Positions 1-10,607 of a stretch of 20,000 nt of DNA are shown in pieces. The DNA is from Psammoneis japonica (lineage: Eukaryota), in contig QPGO01000091.1 in the NCBI GenBank assembly GCA_008632985.1, positions 307,780 through 327,779 on the forward strand. Direction: 5' to 3'. The position numbers and the translations under genes are program-made. The notes beneath the pieces were generated by a model that was given only the letters and a program-made list of their open reading frames with translations, was not told where the DNA came from and searched no databases. Numbering within the stretch: position 1 is the first letter of the stretch; each line of letters begins with the position of its first letter.

Positions 1-1570
1 TCCCCGCTATTGATGTTCACTCCTGGTTCTGTGTACGCTTCTTCCGTGTTGAGTTCTCCTTTCTTTGGTTCGACCACCCACTTGACATCGAGTCCAAACT
101 TGGCCGCAAAGGCAAAATCACGGCTATCATGAGCCGGTACCGCCATGACGGCTCCCGTTCCATACGACCCCAACACATAATCACCCACCCATATTGGAAC
201 GCGATCACCAGAAATGGGATGAATGGCGTATCCACCCGTAAAGACACCCGTCTTTTCCTTGGCAGCCGTACGATCCAAATCCGACCGTGATGATGTTTTC
301 TGAACATATTCTTCAACAGCATCCTTTTGCTCATCGGAACAAATGGACGACACCAAGGGATGCTCTGGTGCCAGAGTCACATAGGTGACACCCATGAGCG
401 TATCGGCGCGCGTCGTAAAGACCGAAATATTCTGTAGGGACGTCTGGGGTGTGAGTGTCGTAGTTCAATCCGATGCGTCTCGTATTCCTTTTACCAATCA
501 CACTCACCTCATCTTCCATTCCTTCAATGGCAAAATCAATATTGCATCCCGTACTTTTTCCAATCCACTGTTGTTGTGCCGTAAGCGTTCCACTCGGCCA
601 TTGCAACCCATCCAAACCCGCCTCGAGCCGATCGGCATAATCGGTAATTTTCAAGACCCACTGACGAAGAGGCAAACGTTCGACGGGATGATCTCCACGC
701 TCTGACAGGCCGTTAATGACTTCCTCATTGGCCAACACGGTCCCAAGTGCCGGACACCAATTGACTGACACTTCCGACTGTGTGGCGAGGCCTTTTTTGA
801 AAAGCTACAGTGGTGTAGAGTGTGAAAAAAGAAACGAGTCAATTCAATGCATACAGCTACGAAAACCAGCTTTCATTTACACATTTTTCCCAGGCAACAA
901 CATTCACTCACTTGCAAAAAGATCCATTGAGTCCACTGCACATACGCCACATCGGTCGTGGCGATTTCTCGGTCCCAATCATAACTGAAACCCAACATTT
1001 TGAGCTGTCGTCGAAAGTTATCGATATTTGATTTTGTGGTTTCGGCCGGCTGTGCACCCGTTTGAATGGCAAACTGTTCCGCAGGTAATCCAAACGAGTC
1101 CCAACCAATGGGATGCAACACATCGAAACCCTTCATGCGCCAATAACGAGACATGACGTCGGAAGCTAGAAAAACGGGAAAACAGTTAGTGAGCTTATGC
1201 TGAACACAAAAGTGATCAACTACTACAACACTACCGTACCTGTATAACCCTCGGGATGCCCCACATGCAATCCAGCTCCGGATGGATAGGGAAACATGTC
1301 TAAAACATATTTTTTCGGCTTGTCGGGAGATCGTTCCGGTGTTTTAAATGTCTGATTCTCTTCCCAATAGGCTTGCCATTTTTGTTCCACTTCGGCAAAA
1401 GGATATGTCGTTGATGCAGCTGCTGCTGGCTCTTGTTGTTGTTGCGTCGTGCTCATCCATGTTGACGAAGAAGAAGCTCTTGCAAACCGGGCAACTCGAC
1501 AAGGTACAAACGCGGATGCAACCCGAAACATCATCATTACCACCACCCAACAAAAAGCCGATTGTTTCAT
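1..1570 (-). CDS. leuS: Organellar (bacterial-type) leucyl-tRNA synthetase, N-terminal part; 3' end lies outside the window. Exons 1570-1240, 1165-912, 804-508, 431-<1
   Basis: Spliced translation gives LeuRS motifs: [18 protein letters not shown] (HIGH), [33 protein letters not shown], and editing-domain [11 protein letters not shown] and [16 protein letters not shown] introns at 1239-1166, 911-805 and 507-432 keep the frame. N-terminus has a signal peptide followed by ASAFVP. Confidence 0.95.
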
Positions 1571-2104
1571 TCTGATTTTCTCGAAAAAAAAGAAACCTCT
1601 TGCCTTTCAATCAAAAATTCTCGATACCAACAGACAATCAGCCCTTCAATCTTTGATATTCACAATCTCAAACAAACAGCAATAGCTAACAGACGAAGAT
1701 CGTTGTGATGGTCCTATCCGCATCACCGCACCTTTGTCAGATTTCAGAAAGAACGTCAGATTTTTTCTTTGTCATGTTGTGCGGTGGCGGCAGGGTTCGT
1801 CAACAAAATTCCGGATTCCCACATGATACGTATCGGCAGGAATGGAGTATTCTAATCTTCAAGACTGAAGTAAAACATTATATATTTATCCCGAAAATCG
1901 TAATATAAATATTTATGATCATTCCTAATCCACAAATCTGAATATTCATTCGTGCGAAACAAATTCCAAACCAACGCAAGAGGAGAGTGGCTCACACAAA
2001 TAATAATAATGCCATTGTTGTTATATGTTTCATGGGACTGTTTGTTGTTGCGGATGCAATAGAGAGTGAGGCGTCTATTGTTTGACAAGACCACAAAAAG
2101 AAGG

Positions 2105-3543
2105 ATGATGAGGTCGCTGTTGCTGTTGTCATTGTCACTATCGTGTCTTTTGTTCTTCTCCGCAAGAGCAGAGATTGACTTGGATGATTTGAAATTAAAT
2201 CAACACACGTTTATAACCTCACACAATGCCGCCACGGGCGAAGACAATCTTTCCAATGGCCTTGCGAGGGATGTAGACAATCAAGAAGTGCCCATTGCCC
2301 AACAACTCGAGTGCGGAGCACGTGCTCTCGACTATCGTCCTTTTTTGCGTTCGGACGGCAGGTTGGTGGCACGGCATGGCATTGCACGCATTCAAGTGCT
2401 CATGAAACAATCGGTGCAATCCATAAAGACGTGGTTACAAAACAATCCCACGGAACTGGTAATCCTATATATCAGCAAAGCGGATGCGGAAGGGTCCTTT
2501 GACAGTTTGGATGCTTATAGTTTTGCCGAAGACGTGTTGTTATCGGAAGGAGTGAAATGGATTCGCGATTGCAACGAAATGGTAGGTCTCACGGTGCGAC
2601 AAGCAAAGATTGATTCACAACTCGCAAATGGCGGACACTTGTTGGCTGTGTTTGGATGTACCGATGAACAGTACGATCCCAATATTCGTTGCTATTTTGG
2701 GAGCCATGACTGTACCGACTATGATGTCCTTCCCTTCATACAGTATGACAGCTACATGGTTGAACACACCAACTTTCCCAAGGCCTCGTCCGTCACGAAT
2801 GGAAGACTCTACATGTCTCAGGCTCATTGGCAATACGATGCTTTTGCTCTACTCGTCAAGTCTCCAGCCATTACTTGGGACGAACGCGACTCGGGTCTCA
2901 ATGCTCGTACGGCCCAAGCCGTGAGCCGTGGCGAGTACAACTTTTTGAATCTGTTGGAAGTGGACAATGTTTGCAACAACGGCGCTCGACTCAAGGCAGC
3001 TGTGGAGAAATTCATGGCGCCCAATCCTCAGGTCAATTGTCTCTCCAACAACAATCGACTACGAGTAGGAGAATTTATAGAGAGTGAGAATGGACATATA
3101 AAGCCATGCTGCGTCCAGATGGACAATTGTGCATCAACGGTGGTAGTGGCGTCTCGCAGTGGTGCACCGGCACGTCGGCTCCATCCTACGAGGGTGGCGC
3201 CGGTATTGTCAAAATGAAGGACACTGGAAATCTCCAAATGTTTACTCCGACCGACAACAATTACTGGTCAACCGGTACCCAAGGCGGCGGATTGGAGTTG
3301 GTGCTGCAAAACAATCGAGACTTGGTCATTCGGAATGCCCGCACGGGTGTCGTCGAGTGGTCGTGCAGCAACAATGGGGGTTGCCCAACAGTTTCGTGTG
3401 GAAGTGATTGTGGAAGCAATGCTTGTCTCGACAAGAGTACGGTGCGTTCGTTTACTCCCGCTCCGTCGCCGGCACCGCCACCACCCAACGATGGTGGAGG
3501 AGGAGGAGGTAAACCTTGGTATTGCTTTTGGGTTTTTTGCTAG
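2105..3543 (+). CDS. Secreted PI-PLC-X-like phosphodiesterase with C-terminal bulb-type (B) lectin domain; one frameshift at ~3100
   Basis: Hydrophobic signal peptide (MMRSLLLLSLSLSCLLFFSARA), then TSHNA...QQLECGARALDYRP...ARHG with both catalytic-type His. Adding one A at 3100-3102 joins the 2066 ORF to the 3106 ORF, giving LRVGEFIESENG...MLRPDGQL...MKDTGNLQ...WSTGT...LVLQNNRDLVI...WS, a typical B-lectin pattern. Confidence 0.75.
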
Positions 3544-3871
3544 AGTAACTCGACAAGAAATGATATCGGCTATCTCTCTTATTCATTGCTGATTGACAAG
3601 CATTAATAAAAATAAGCATTGTTTACTTTCTGTAAGTCAAATACGACTACTTCAAGTTAATGAAGAAGTAGACCAACGTCAGCTGCAGCATTCCAAATAG
3701 TCAAAGTCAATTCTGGTGACCTTCTGTCACGTTGTGTGTTATATTTTTAGTTTTCTGGCGTCTAGCTAACTTGGAACATTTGTATCTCGGGTTTTGGGTT
3801 TCTTATTTAGAAGTAACCTTTGTCGAGGTTCGATTGAATCGACTAAAATTCTTCTCCTTTGGCGCTCAAAC

Positions 3872-4078
3872 TGGGGGGCGTCTTTGGAAGTGAGATCGTC
3901 GAAGGCGGTCTGATCGCCAGTGCGTTTGGGGGTTTTCCCAGTACAATTTGTACGCACAAGAAAACACGTAGGATCTGTCCAGAGGTCCCAAATACCCAAT
4001 CGCACTGATTGACAGACTGTTTTAGTACAAATTCTACGTAACTTTCTTCGACAGTCTCACTTCCGAAGACGTCCCCCA
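3872..4078 (+). repeat. Long imperfect inverted repeat / fold-back element (structured RNA or MITE-like)
   Basis: 3872-3904 pairs with 4046-4078 (33 positions: 29 Watson-Crick, 3 G-U, 1 mismatch). An inner helix pairs 3905-3930 with 3995-4020, and there are small apical hairpins. Confidence 0.8.
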
Positions 4079-4239
4079 ANTTGGTCATGTTTTGGTTGTT
4101 CCCAAGCGTTCCTACCTCCTCATCTTCTGTTCCACCCGCAACAGACACGAACCAAAGTTGTTTCTCACAACGATCCAACCTACGACGACTTGTACCTCAC
4201 ACTATTTTTCTCCCCACTACAAACAACAAGAACCACAGC

Positions 4240-5586
4240 ATGCGTTTTTTCCTGCCCTTTTCTTCATCTTCCTTGCCGCAGCTACCAAAGGATGACACTA
4301 CAATCCACTTGACGGCCACTGAACAGACCAATTTGGATTATGGAATACCGCCGACATCGACCGTCGATTGGTTCGAGGGTGATTATCAAAAAGTTGCGGT
4401 TGTTCTCAAGGCCCGTATGGAGGATATGTTATCACAAAACGAATGGTTGTCGGGCCGATATCTGGGCAACGACAAGTTGCATACTCGCCTACGACACGAT
4501 GCTTCAATGTCGAGGACATGTTGAAGGTGGTGGACCCATCCATATCTCCCCTTGATGACAATACATCTCCATCATGTGACGACTTGGTCTCCATGGGACA
4601 ACGAAGTAATTTAGGCTTGACGTTGGTGTGCGAAAATTATCAGTCTCAACCTTTTTGGAAAGCTTCGTTGGTCCCGACTCGTACAGGTACACACTTTGCA
4701 CTCTACGTTAGTTTGTCCCATGGGATTGGAGATGGATACGCATACTACAGCCTCTACAACATGTTGGTCGGGTCCATACCAGTGCGATCCATGACACCGA
4801 TCCGAATCGCCACCACCAAGCAGCAACAAGAAGCTGTCATGGGAAAGGAGGAAGCAAATTATGCCACGTCGCCAGGAGTTGTCTTGTTTTTTTCTGTGGG
4901 GACTGATGCAAAAATATTTTGCATGGAACAAGAAAAAGGTGCAAATGAAGCACAAGATTGTAATGGTGGACCCTACCAAGATTCAATCCGTCAAACAAGA
5001 TTATGCAGCTTCCGCAGCAAAGACGGATGCTACTTCGTCGCCAGACTTTATTTCTACCAATGACATTATCACAGCCACCCTTATGAGACATTCTGGTTGC
5101 TCCCATGGTGGCATGGCCATGAATTTACGGGGACGGCTAGAAGGCCACACTATGGATCATGCCTTTAATGCGGAAAATGATATAATCTTTCGGGTTCCCG
5201 AGGATGTGGCCACTCCCGCGTTGCTCCGAAAAGCCACAATTACCATGAGACGTGCCGCGACAATCGATAGACCCTTTGGTAGCTGGGAAATGGGTGGGTT
5301 GCGAACGAGTCTATTCTTTGTGACAAACTGGTCCACCTTTAAAAAGGATACCGATATTGTGGGATGCAAACATGTGTTCCATTTGCCAAACTACGACATG
5401 AACAAGACTCTTCCGCCGAATGCATCCATGGGTGTGATTTTCAAGCCGCGGAAAGGTCAAGTGGCGGTATTGTTGGGAGGAACTGATGAAACATTGGCAC
5501 CACTCGCCCACGCGGCTGAGGTCTTTGCGACGGCGGGGTCCTTTGAGTTGTTTCCGCCAGTAGAGCAACAATCGCTTCAAACATAG
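4240..5586 (+). CDS. HXXXD-type CoA-dependent acyltransferase (BAHD/CAT-fold-like); two frameshifts (~4470 and poly-T at ~4890)
   Basis: Three overlapping ORFs give a continuous protein: NEWLSGR, then SLSHGIGDGYAYYSLYNML (HXXXD), then FISTNDIITA, MNLRGRL, VTNWSTF. No intron is evident at the junctions. Confidence 0.7.
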
Positions 5587-5880
5587 AAGTGGTTTAATGA
5601 GAGATCGTTTGTTGCCTTTCCGCTGTCCCTACTAAAAGCTCCTGCGTGCGTCAGGACTTTATGATTCCAATCATTTTGTACTCCTTCTGTAGCTACTGTA
5701 GAGATAATCTGGTTGAAGGAGTTGTAACAAAAAAATGGCATTCCTCTTCTAAGCTAAAGACATCCGTTACCCTCTACAGGATGATGCGTGAAAAGTACCA
5801 TAGTTTGTACGTTCTATCACACTCCCTCGGTCAAGAAACCCTTCATTCCAAAAGACTCCACCACCCAAGGATTTAATGTC
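5142..5880 (+). repeat. Direct repeat copy 1 (~740 bp): acyltransferase 3' part, intergenic DNA and the last ~40 bp of the GPDH gene
   Basis: Aligns by eye with 9862-10607 from aggcc(a/g)cactatggatcatgcc through to cacccaaggatttaatgtc. Confidence 0.92.
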
Positions 5881-7155
5881 GTCTACATTATTTTGGGTTT
5901 CCTTGGGTGAAGGTTAGCTGCTGTCTCTGTCGAAGTTGTTTCGATTGGATCGATTAAGAATCTTTAGCCCCAAGTTGGTCACAATTTGGAGCAACCTGCT
6001 AGAGCAATCGAAAGGTAATGCACCACCATTGCATACGCGCTTTCAGCGGATTCATCAGCCAAAGAGCTCACATCCCTCAGCGTTCGGAGCCACCAATTTC
6101 TCTTTGATATTCCGAATTAGCTCCTGGCTTTGTTCAGTTAAGACGCTCACACGAAGCCCAAGATTATCTGCCCTGAGACGTCCAAACAACAATCTTTTGA
6201 AATCTGCCTGTCAAAAGAATCAACGCAGGTTAGGATATGACTTCAAGGATCCACTCTTTTCCACCGCAGATGATGGCTGGCAGATACAGTAAGGTTCACT
6301 GTTATACTCTAGTCTACTAGCTAGCTAGATGGCAGACAACAGACAACAGACACAGAATGATCGCGCACCCGCTGCGACCGACGCGCTCACGCAGCCACAA
6401 AACAAAAAGAAACAGCAGCCACAGAGCAGCCATGCAAATCTTTCACTACTTTGATGTTCTTGTATCCCACTCACTATCTTGACGGTCAAGTCACGACCTT
6501 GGTCCCTTGGTCCTGTTGGCGAGGTGTACCGTTCAATGCGGATAGATACTGAAGTAAACGCAGGCAGATGAGCTGACGGTGGCAAGATCTTCAATCTCCT
6601 CGTACTCTCTGCGTAGAATGCTACGTCAGGTGGCGGATCACGATTCAGTGATGATCAAGATGCGAAACTCGAAACCGAAATCGATAGAGTGTATCGTACG
6701 AACCTCTGGCAATGCTTAAGCCAGCGCCCATCGCGAGCACATGTCAGATACCGTTATCTAAATGACATACAAGGACACCCCAGGAGCTCGTGAAAAGCTT
6801 TTTAATTGTTTCCATCTTTTGACGATTTTTCCCCAAGTTTCAAGTTGGATGTGTGATCGATTTCGGGAACATGCCTACGCTCGCGGACTCGCGGAACTTC
6901 CGCAGTTGGGCAACACGGGAAACCTCTCTGTTAGTTCATTACCAACATGAGTACCGTCTCCGGGAATTTGAATTGACATAAAATTCTCCGGACCGTTTAG
7001 CGAACATTTTTGAACTGAACGTTGAGACCGGCTCACACATGAACTGTTTGTTCGTACCGGCTCGGCTAGCGCGAAAATCAAGATTTTTGCAGGAACCTTG
7101 CCGTTTGAATCAATCGTGTTCTGCTCATTATTTTCCCCGAACAAACTCGTTCATC

Positions 7156-9686
7156 ATGATGGCGGATCGCTATGAGGAAACGATCGATGCCATCAAGGCA
7201 CTCCAGATCAAGGAGGACGAGAAGCACGACGGAGAGCTTCAACACAAGGGAGAGGAGCAATCCGAGGGAGAGAAGCAATCCAAGGGAGAGGAGAAGAACG
7301 TAGAGTTTATCAAGAAGCCGCAGCCAACGGATGGTAAGAAGAGTGTTCGCATGCGCCGAATGCTTGATTCGCTCTTTGATGATATGTCTGCGCAGAAGCT
7401 GGACAAGATTCCGAAGCTCGACCTGTCGTCAACCTTGAAGAATGTTGAATTGTACCCACATCAAGAACAAGGCATCTCCTGGTTGGTTCACAAGGAAGAG
7501 TCTGACGAGCTTCCAGCCTGGTATGCGAAGAAGACACGCAAGGACAAGAAGACAGGCGAGGAAGTTGTTCGCTACAAGTGCCTAGTTACGGACGAAGAAT
7601 ATGATCAGAAGCCAGAGCCAGTCCGCGGATCTATTTTGACCGACATGATGGGCCTAGGAAAGACCATACAAGCATTGGGACTTATTGTGGCACGTCCAAG
7701 CCCAAACGAGGTTGGCACGACTCTCATTGTGTGCCCCGTTTCTGTCATGGCGACATGGGCAGGTCAGATGTCGGAGCACGCCCCCCACTTAAAATTGGAA
7801 CTCTTCTACGGCAAGAATCGTCAGGCTGCGCTGGAACTAGTTAAAGAAGGCAAGGTCGATGTACTCTTGACGTCGTACCACACGCTCGTTTCTGAGCTCA
7901 ACAAATGGAACGAATACCAGGAAAAGGACCTCGAGAACGACGAACGCAAGAAGAACGGACGTCGCATCAAGCACAAGCTTTCTCCCACAGATTTCATCTT
8001 TGACATTCCTCTCTTTCGCACCATCCTCGACGAAGCCCATGAAATACGCAACCCCGACACATTTTGTTTCTCTGCGTGCTGCGCGCTGCAGACGGAATAC
8101 AAGTTGTGCTTGACTGGAACGCCTTATGTCAATCGTCCAGAAGACATTGGTTCGCTCTTGGGGTTTCTGGGTGCTAAACCGCTGAATGATCCTTCTGTAT
8201 TCAGCAAAAATGTGACCGTCCCGATTGTTAAGCTACAAGAGGTGGGGTTGGCTCGACTTCGGACCGTCATGGCGCATGTGACTTTGCGCCGGGAGAAGAA
8301 TGTTATCAGTAGCCGCCCTCTCCCCGCCAAGACCATTGAGCTTGTGCGTGTCGGCCTTTCAGAAGGCAGTCTTCACAAGGCTGTCCTTGACAAATTCTTT
8401 GAAACAACGCGAGCGTGCATTATTGGCGTTTACCAGACTCAGAAGAATTTTGGACTCGATCGGAACGGAAAAGTCATTCGTCTTGACTTGTATCCCATTC
8501 TCGAACTCTTACTTCGGAATCGTCAGGCTGCATGTGACTTCAGACTTGTGCCCTGTGATCGTCGAGTCTTTATTGACAAAATTGCTTCGAAGGTTAAGGA
8601 GATATCTGACTGGACAAGTTCCGAAGGTACTGCGCTGCTTAAAGAAGTCATCGGGACTAAGATTCAAGACACCGATGCGGAAGAAGAGAGTTGCCACAGT
8701 GCAGTCGATGACGATTCAGATGAGGAACAGATCGAGGTTTCATTTAATTCGGAAAGTGAGGATGAAGCGGATGGTCCGCATTGCGAAAACTGTCAGGAAT
8801 CTCTCAACGAGGACACCGCGGTGGTGGTACGAAGCTGTGGGCATGCCTTTTGCGAGGGTTGCCTCGACCCAGGCGCCGGTCAGTTTTGTCCTGAATGTCG
8901 TCAGCAATACAAGCTGTCTGATTTAAGTCGTCAGATTTCCACGATGACTCCCGTCAAAACCAAGACTCCAAGGAAAAGCAAGCGTTCTTATCCAGCCGAG
9001 GAAATGAAAGAGCTCGACTTCAGAAGGAGCGCTCTCCGAAGACTGAGGCTATGCTAAAAATAATTGACGACATGGAACCCGACGAAAAGGGTGTGATTTT
9101 TTCTCAGTGGACATCTCATCTTGATATTTTGGAGGACGCGCTACTTGAAGAGGGACACACGTGCACCCGAATCGTTGGATCCATGAATGGAGAACAGCGC
9201 ATGGAAGCCATCCGAAAGTTTTCTACAGCAGAGTGCAACTCCGATGAGACACCCCGTTTCGTTCTTTGTTCAATCCGTGCCTGTGGTCAAGGCATTACCC
9301 TCAACAGGGCAAATGTGTGCTTTCTCATGGACCCTTACTGGAATAAAGCGGTCGAAGAGCAAGCCATGGACCGCGTCCATCGCATCGGGCAGCAGCGTAA
9401 AGTTCGCATTTATCGTCTTGCGATGAAGGATTCCATTGAAGAGCGCTTCTGGGACTTGCAAGATGCCAAAGCAGCCTTAGGAAAGGGTTCACTTCAGAAG
9501 CTTTCCTCTCAAGAGCGCAAGAAAGCCCGCCTTACCTTCTTGCGTGACTTGTTTCAGATTGAGGACAAGGATGTGTTTGTAGCGGACACCCAGTGGGACA
9601 CGGATCTCCACGACTTTATTGACGACGATGATCTTTCTTTCGGAAGCGATGATGAGGATGAGCTTTGGATCGAGAGTGTCTTATGA
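7156..9686 (+). CDS. RAD5/HLTF-like SNF2-family ATPase with inserted C3HC4 RING finger; intronless, one frameshift at ~9022
   Basis: LYPHQEQGISWL, DMMGLGKT (Walker A), TLIVCPVSV, ILDEAH, LTGTP, RING CENC...CGHAFCEGC...CPEC. In the second frame: SPKTEAML, IFSQWTSHLD, GQGITL, MDPYWN, QAMDRVHRIGQ. Confidence 0.9.
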
Positions 9687-9861
9687 AGTGGCTTTCGAAG
9701 TTGTCAAATTGTAGATTGTGGCAGGTTTGAGCGCCACGAGTAGGAGCTCTTTCTAAATAAGTTAGTTTGAGAGTTGACGAAGCAAACACACTGCAAATGT
9801 CGTCAGATTAATCTTGGTACAAGACGATGGCTAGAGTATAGTCCCACCAAAACTCTACCGT

Positions 9862-10293
9862 AGGCCGCACTATGGATCATGCCTTTAATGCCAAAAATGA
9901 TAGTCTTTCGGGTTCCCGATGTGGCCACTCCCGCGTTGCTCCGAAAAGCCACAACTAGGCCCTACCATGAGGCAAAATGCGTGAATCGATAGACCCTTTG
10001 ATAGCTGGGAAATGGGTGGGTTACTAACGAGCAGTCTATACTTTGTGACGAACTGGTCCACCTTTAAAAAGGATACCGATATTGTGGGATGCAAACACGT
10101 GTTCCATTTGCCAAACTACGACATGAACAAGACTCTTCCGCCGAATGCATCCATGGGTGTGATTTTCAAGCCGCGGAAAGGTCAAGTGGCGGTATTGTTG
10201 GGAGGAACTGATGAAACATTGGCACCACTCGCCCATGCGGTTGAGGTCTTTGCGACAGGGTCCTTTGAGTTGTTTCCACCAGTAGAACAATAA
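9862..10293 (+). pseudogene. 5'-truncated pseudogene fragment of the HXXXD acyltransferase
   Basis: 10012-10293 encodes FVTNWSTFKKDTDIVGCKHVFHLPNYD...FELFPPVEQ, almost the same as the 4861 ORF. 9862-10010 carries indels and stops; the N-terminus and HXXXD motif are absent. Confidence 0.85.
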
Positions 10294-10607
10294 TCACTTC
10301 AAACGTATAAGTGAGTTGCTGGGAGACCGTTTGTTCCCTTCTGCTTCCGCTTTCTTTTCTAAAAGCTCCGGCGTTCGTCAGAACTTAATGGTTCCAGTCA
10401 TGTTGTACTCCTTCTGTAGCTAGAGCTAGAGGTAGTCTCGTTGAAGGATTTGTAACAAAAACGGCATTCCTCTTCTAAACTACAGACATGCGTTACCCTC
10501 TACAGGATGATGTGTTGAAGTACCATGCTTTGTACGTTCTAACACCCTCCCTCGGTCACAGAAACCCTTCATCCCAAAAAGACTCCGCCACCCAAGGATT
10601 TAATGTC
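9862..10607 (+). repeat. Direct repeat copy 2 (~745 bp), overlapping the true 3' end of GPDH
   Basis: Diverged copy of 5142-5880; nearly identical over the acyltransferase C-terminal codons and more diverged in the intergenic part. Confidence 0.92.

Noticed and set aside
7246..7297. Three 18-bp tandem units in the SNF2 N-terminus
   Set aside because: In-frame low-complexity coding repeat (KGEEQS/EGEKQS/KGEEK); not a CRISPR array or regulatory repeat.
6303..9840. 10-bp inverted repeat TATACTCTAG / CTAGAGTATA as transposon termini around the SNF2 gene
   Set aside because: Too short and does not extend inward. The right copy overlaps gatggctaga, which resembles gacggctaga just upstream of repeat copy 1, so it is probably chance.
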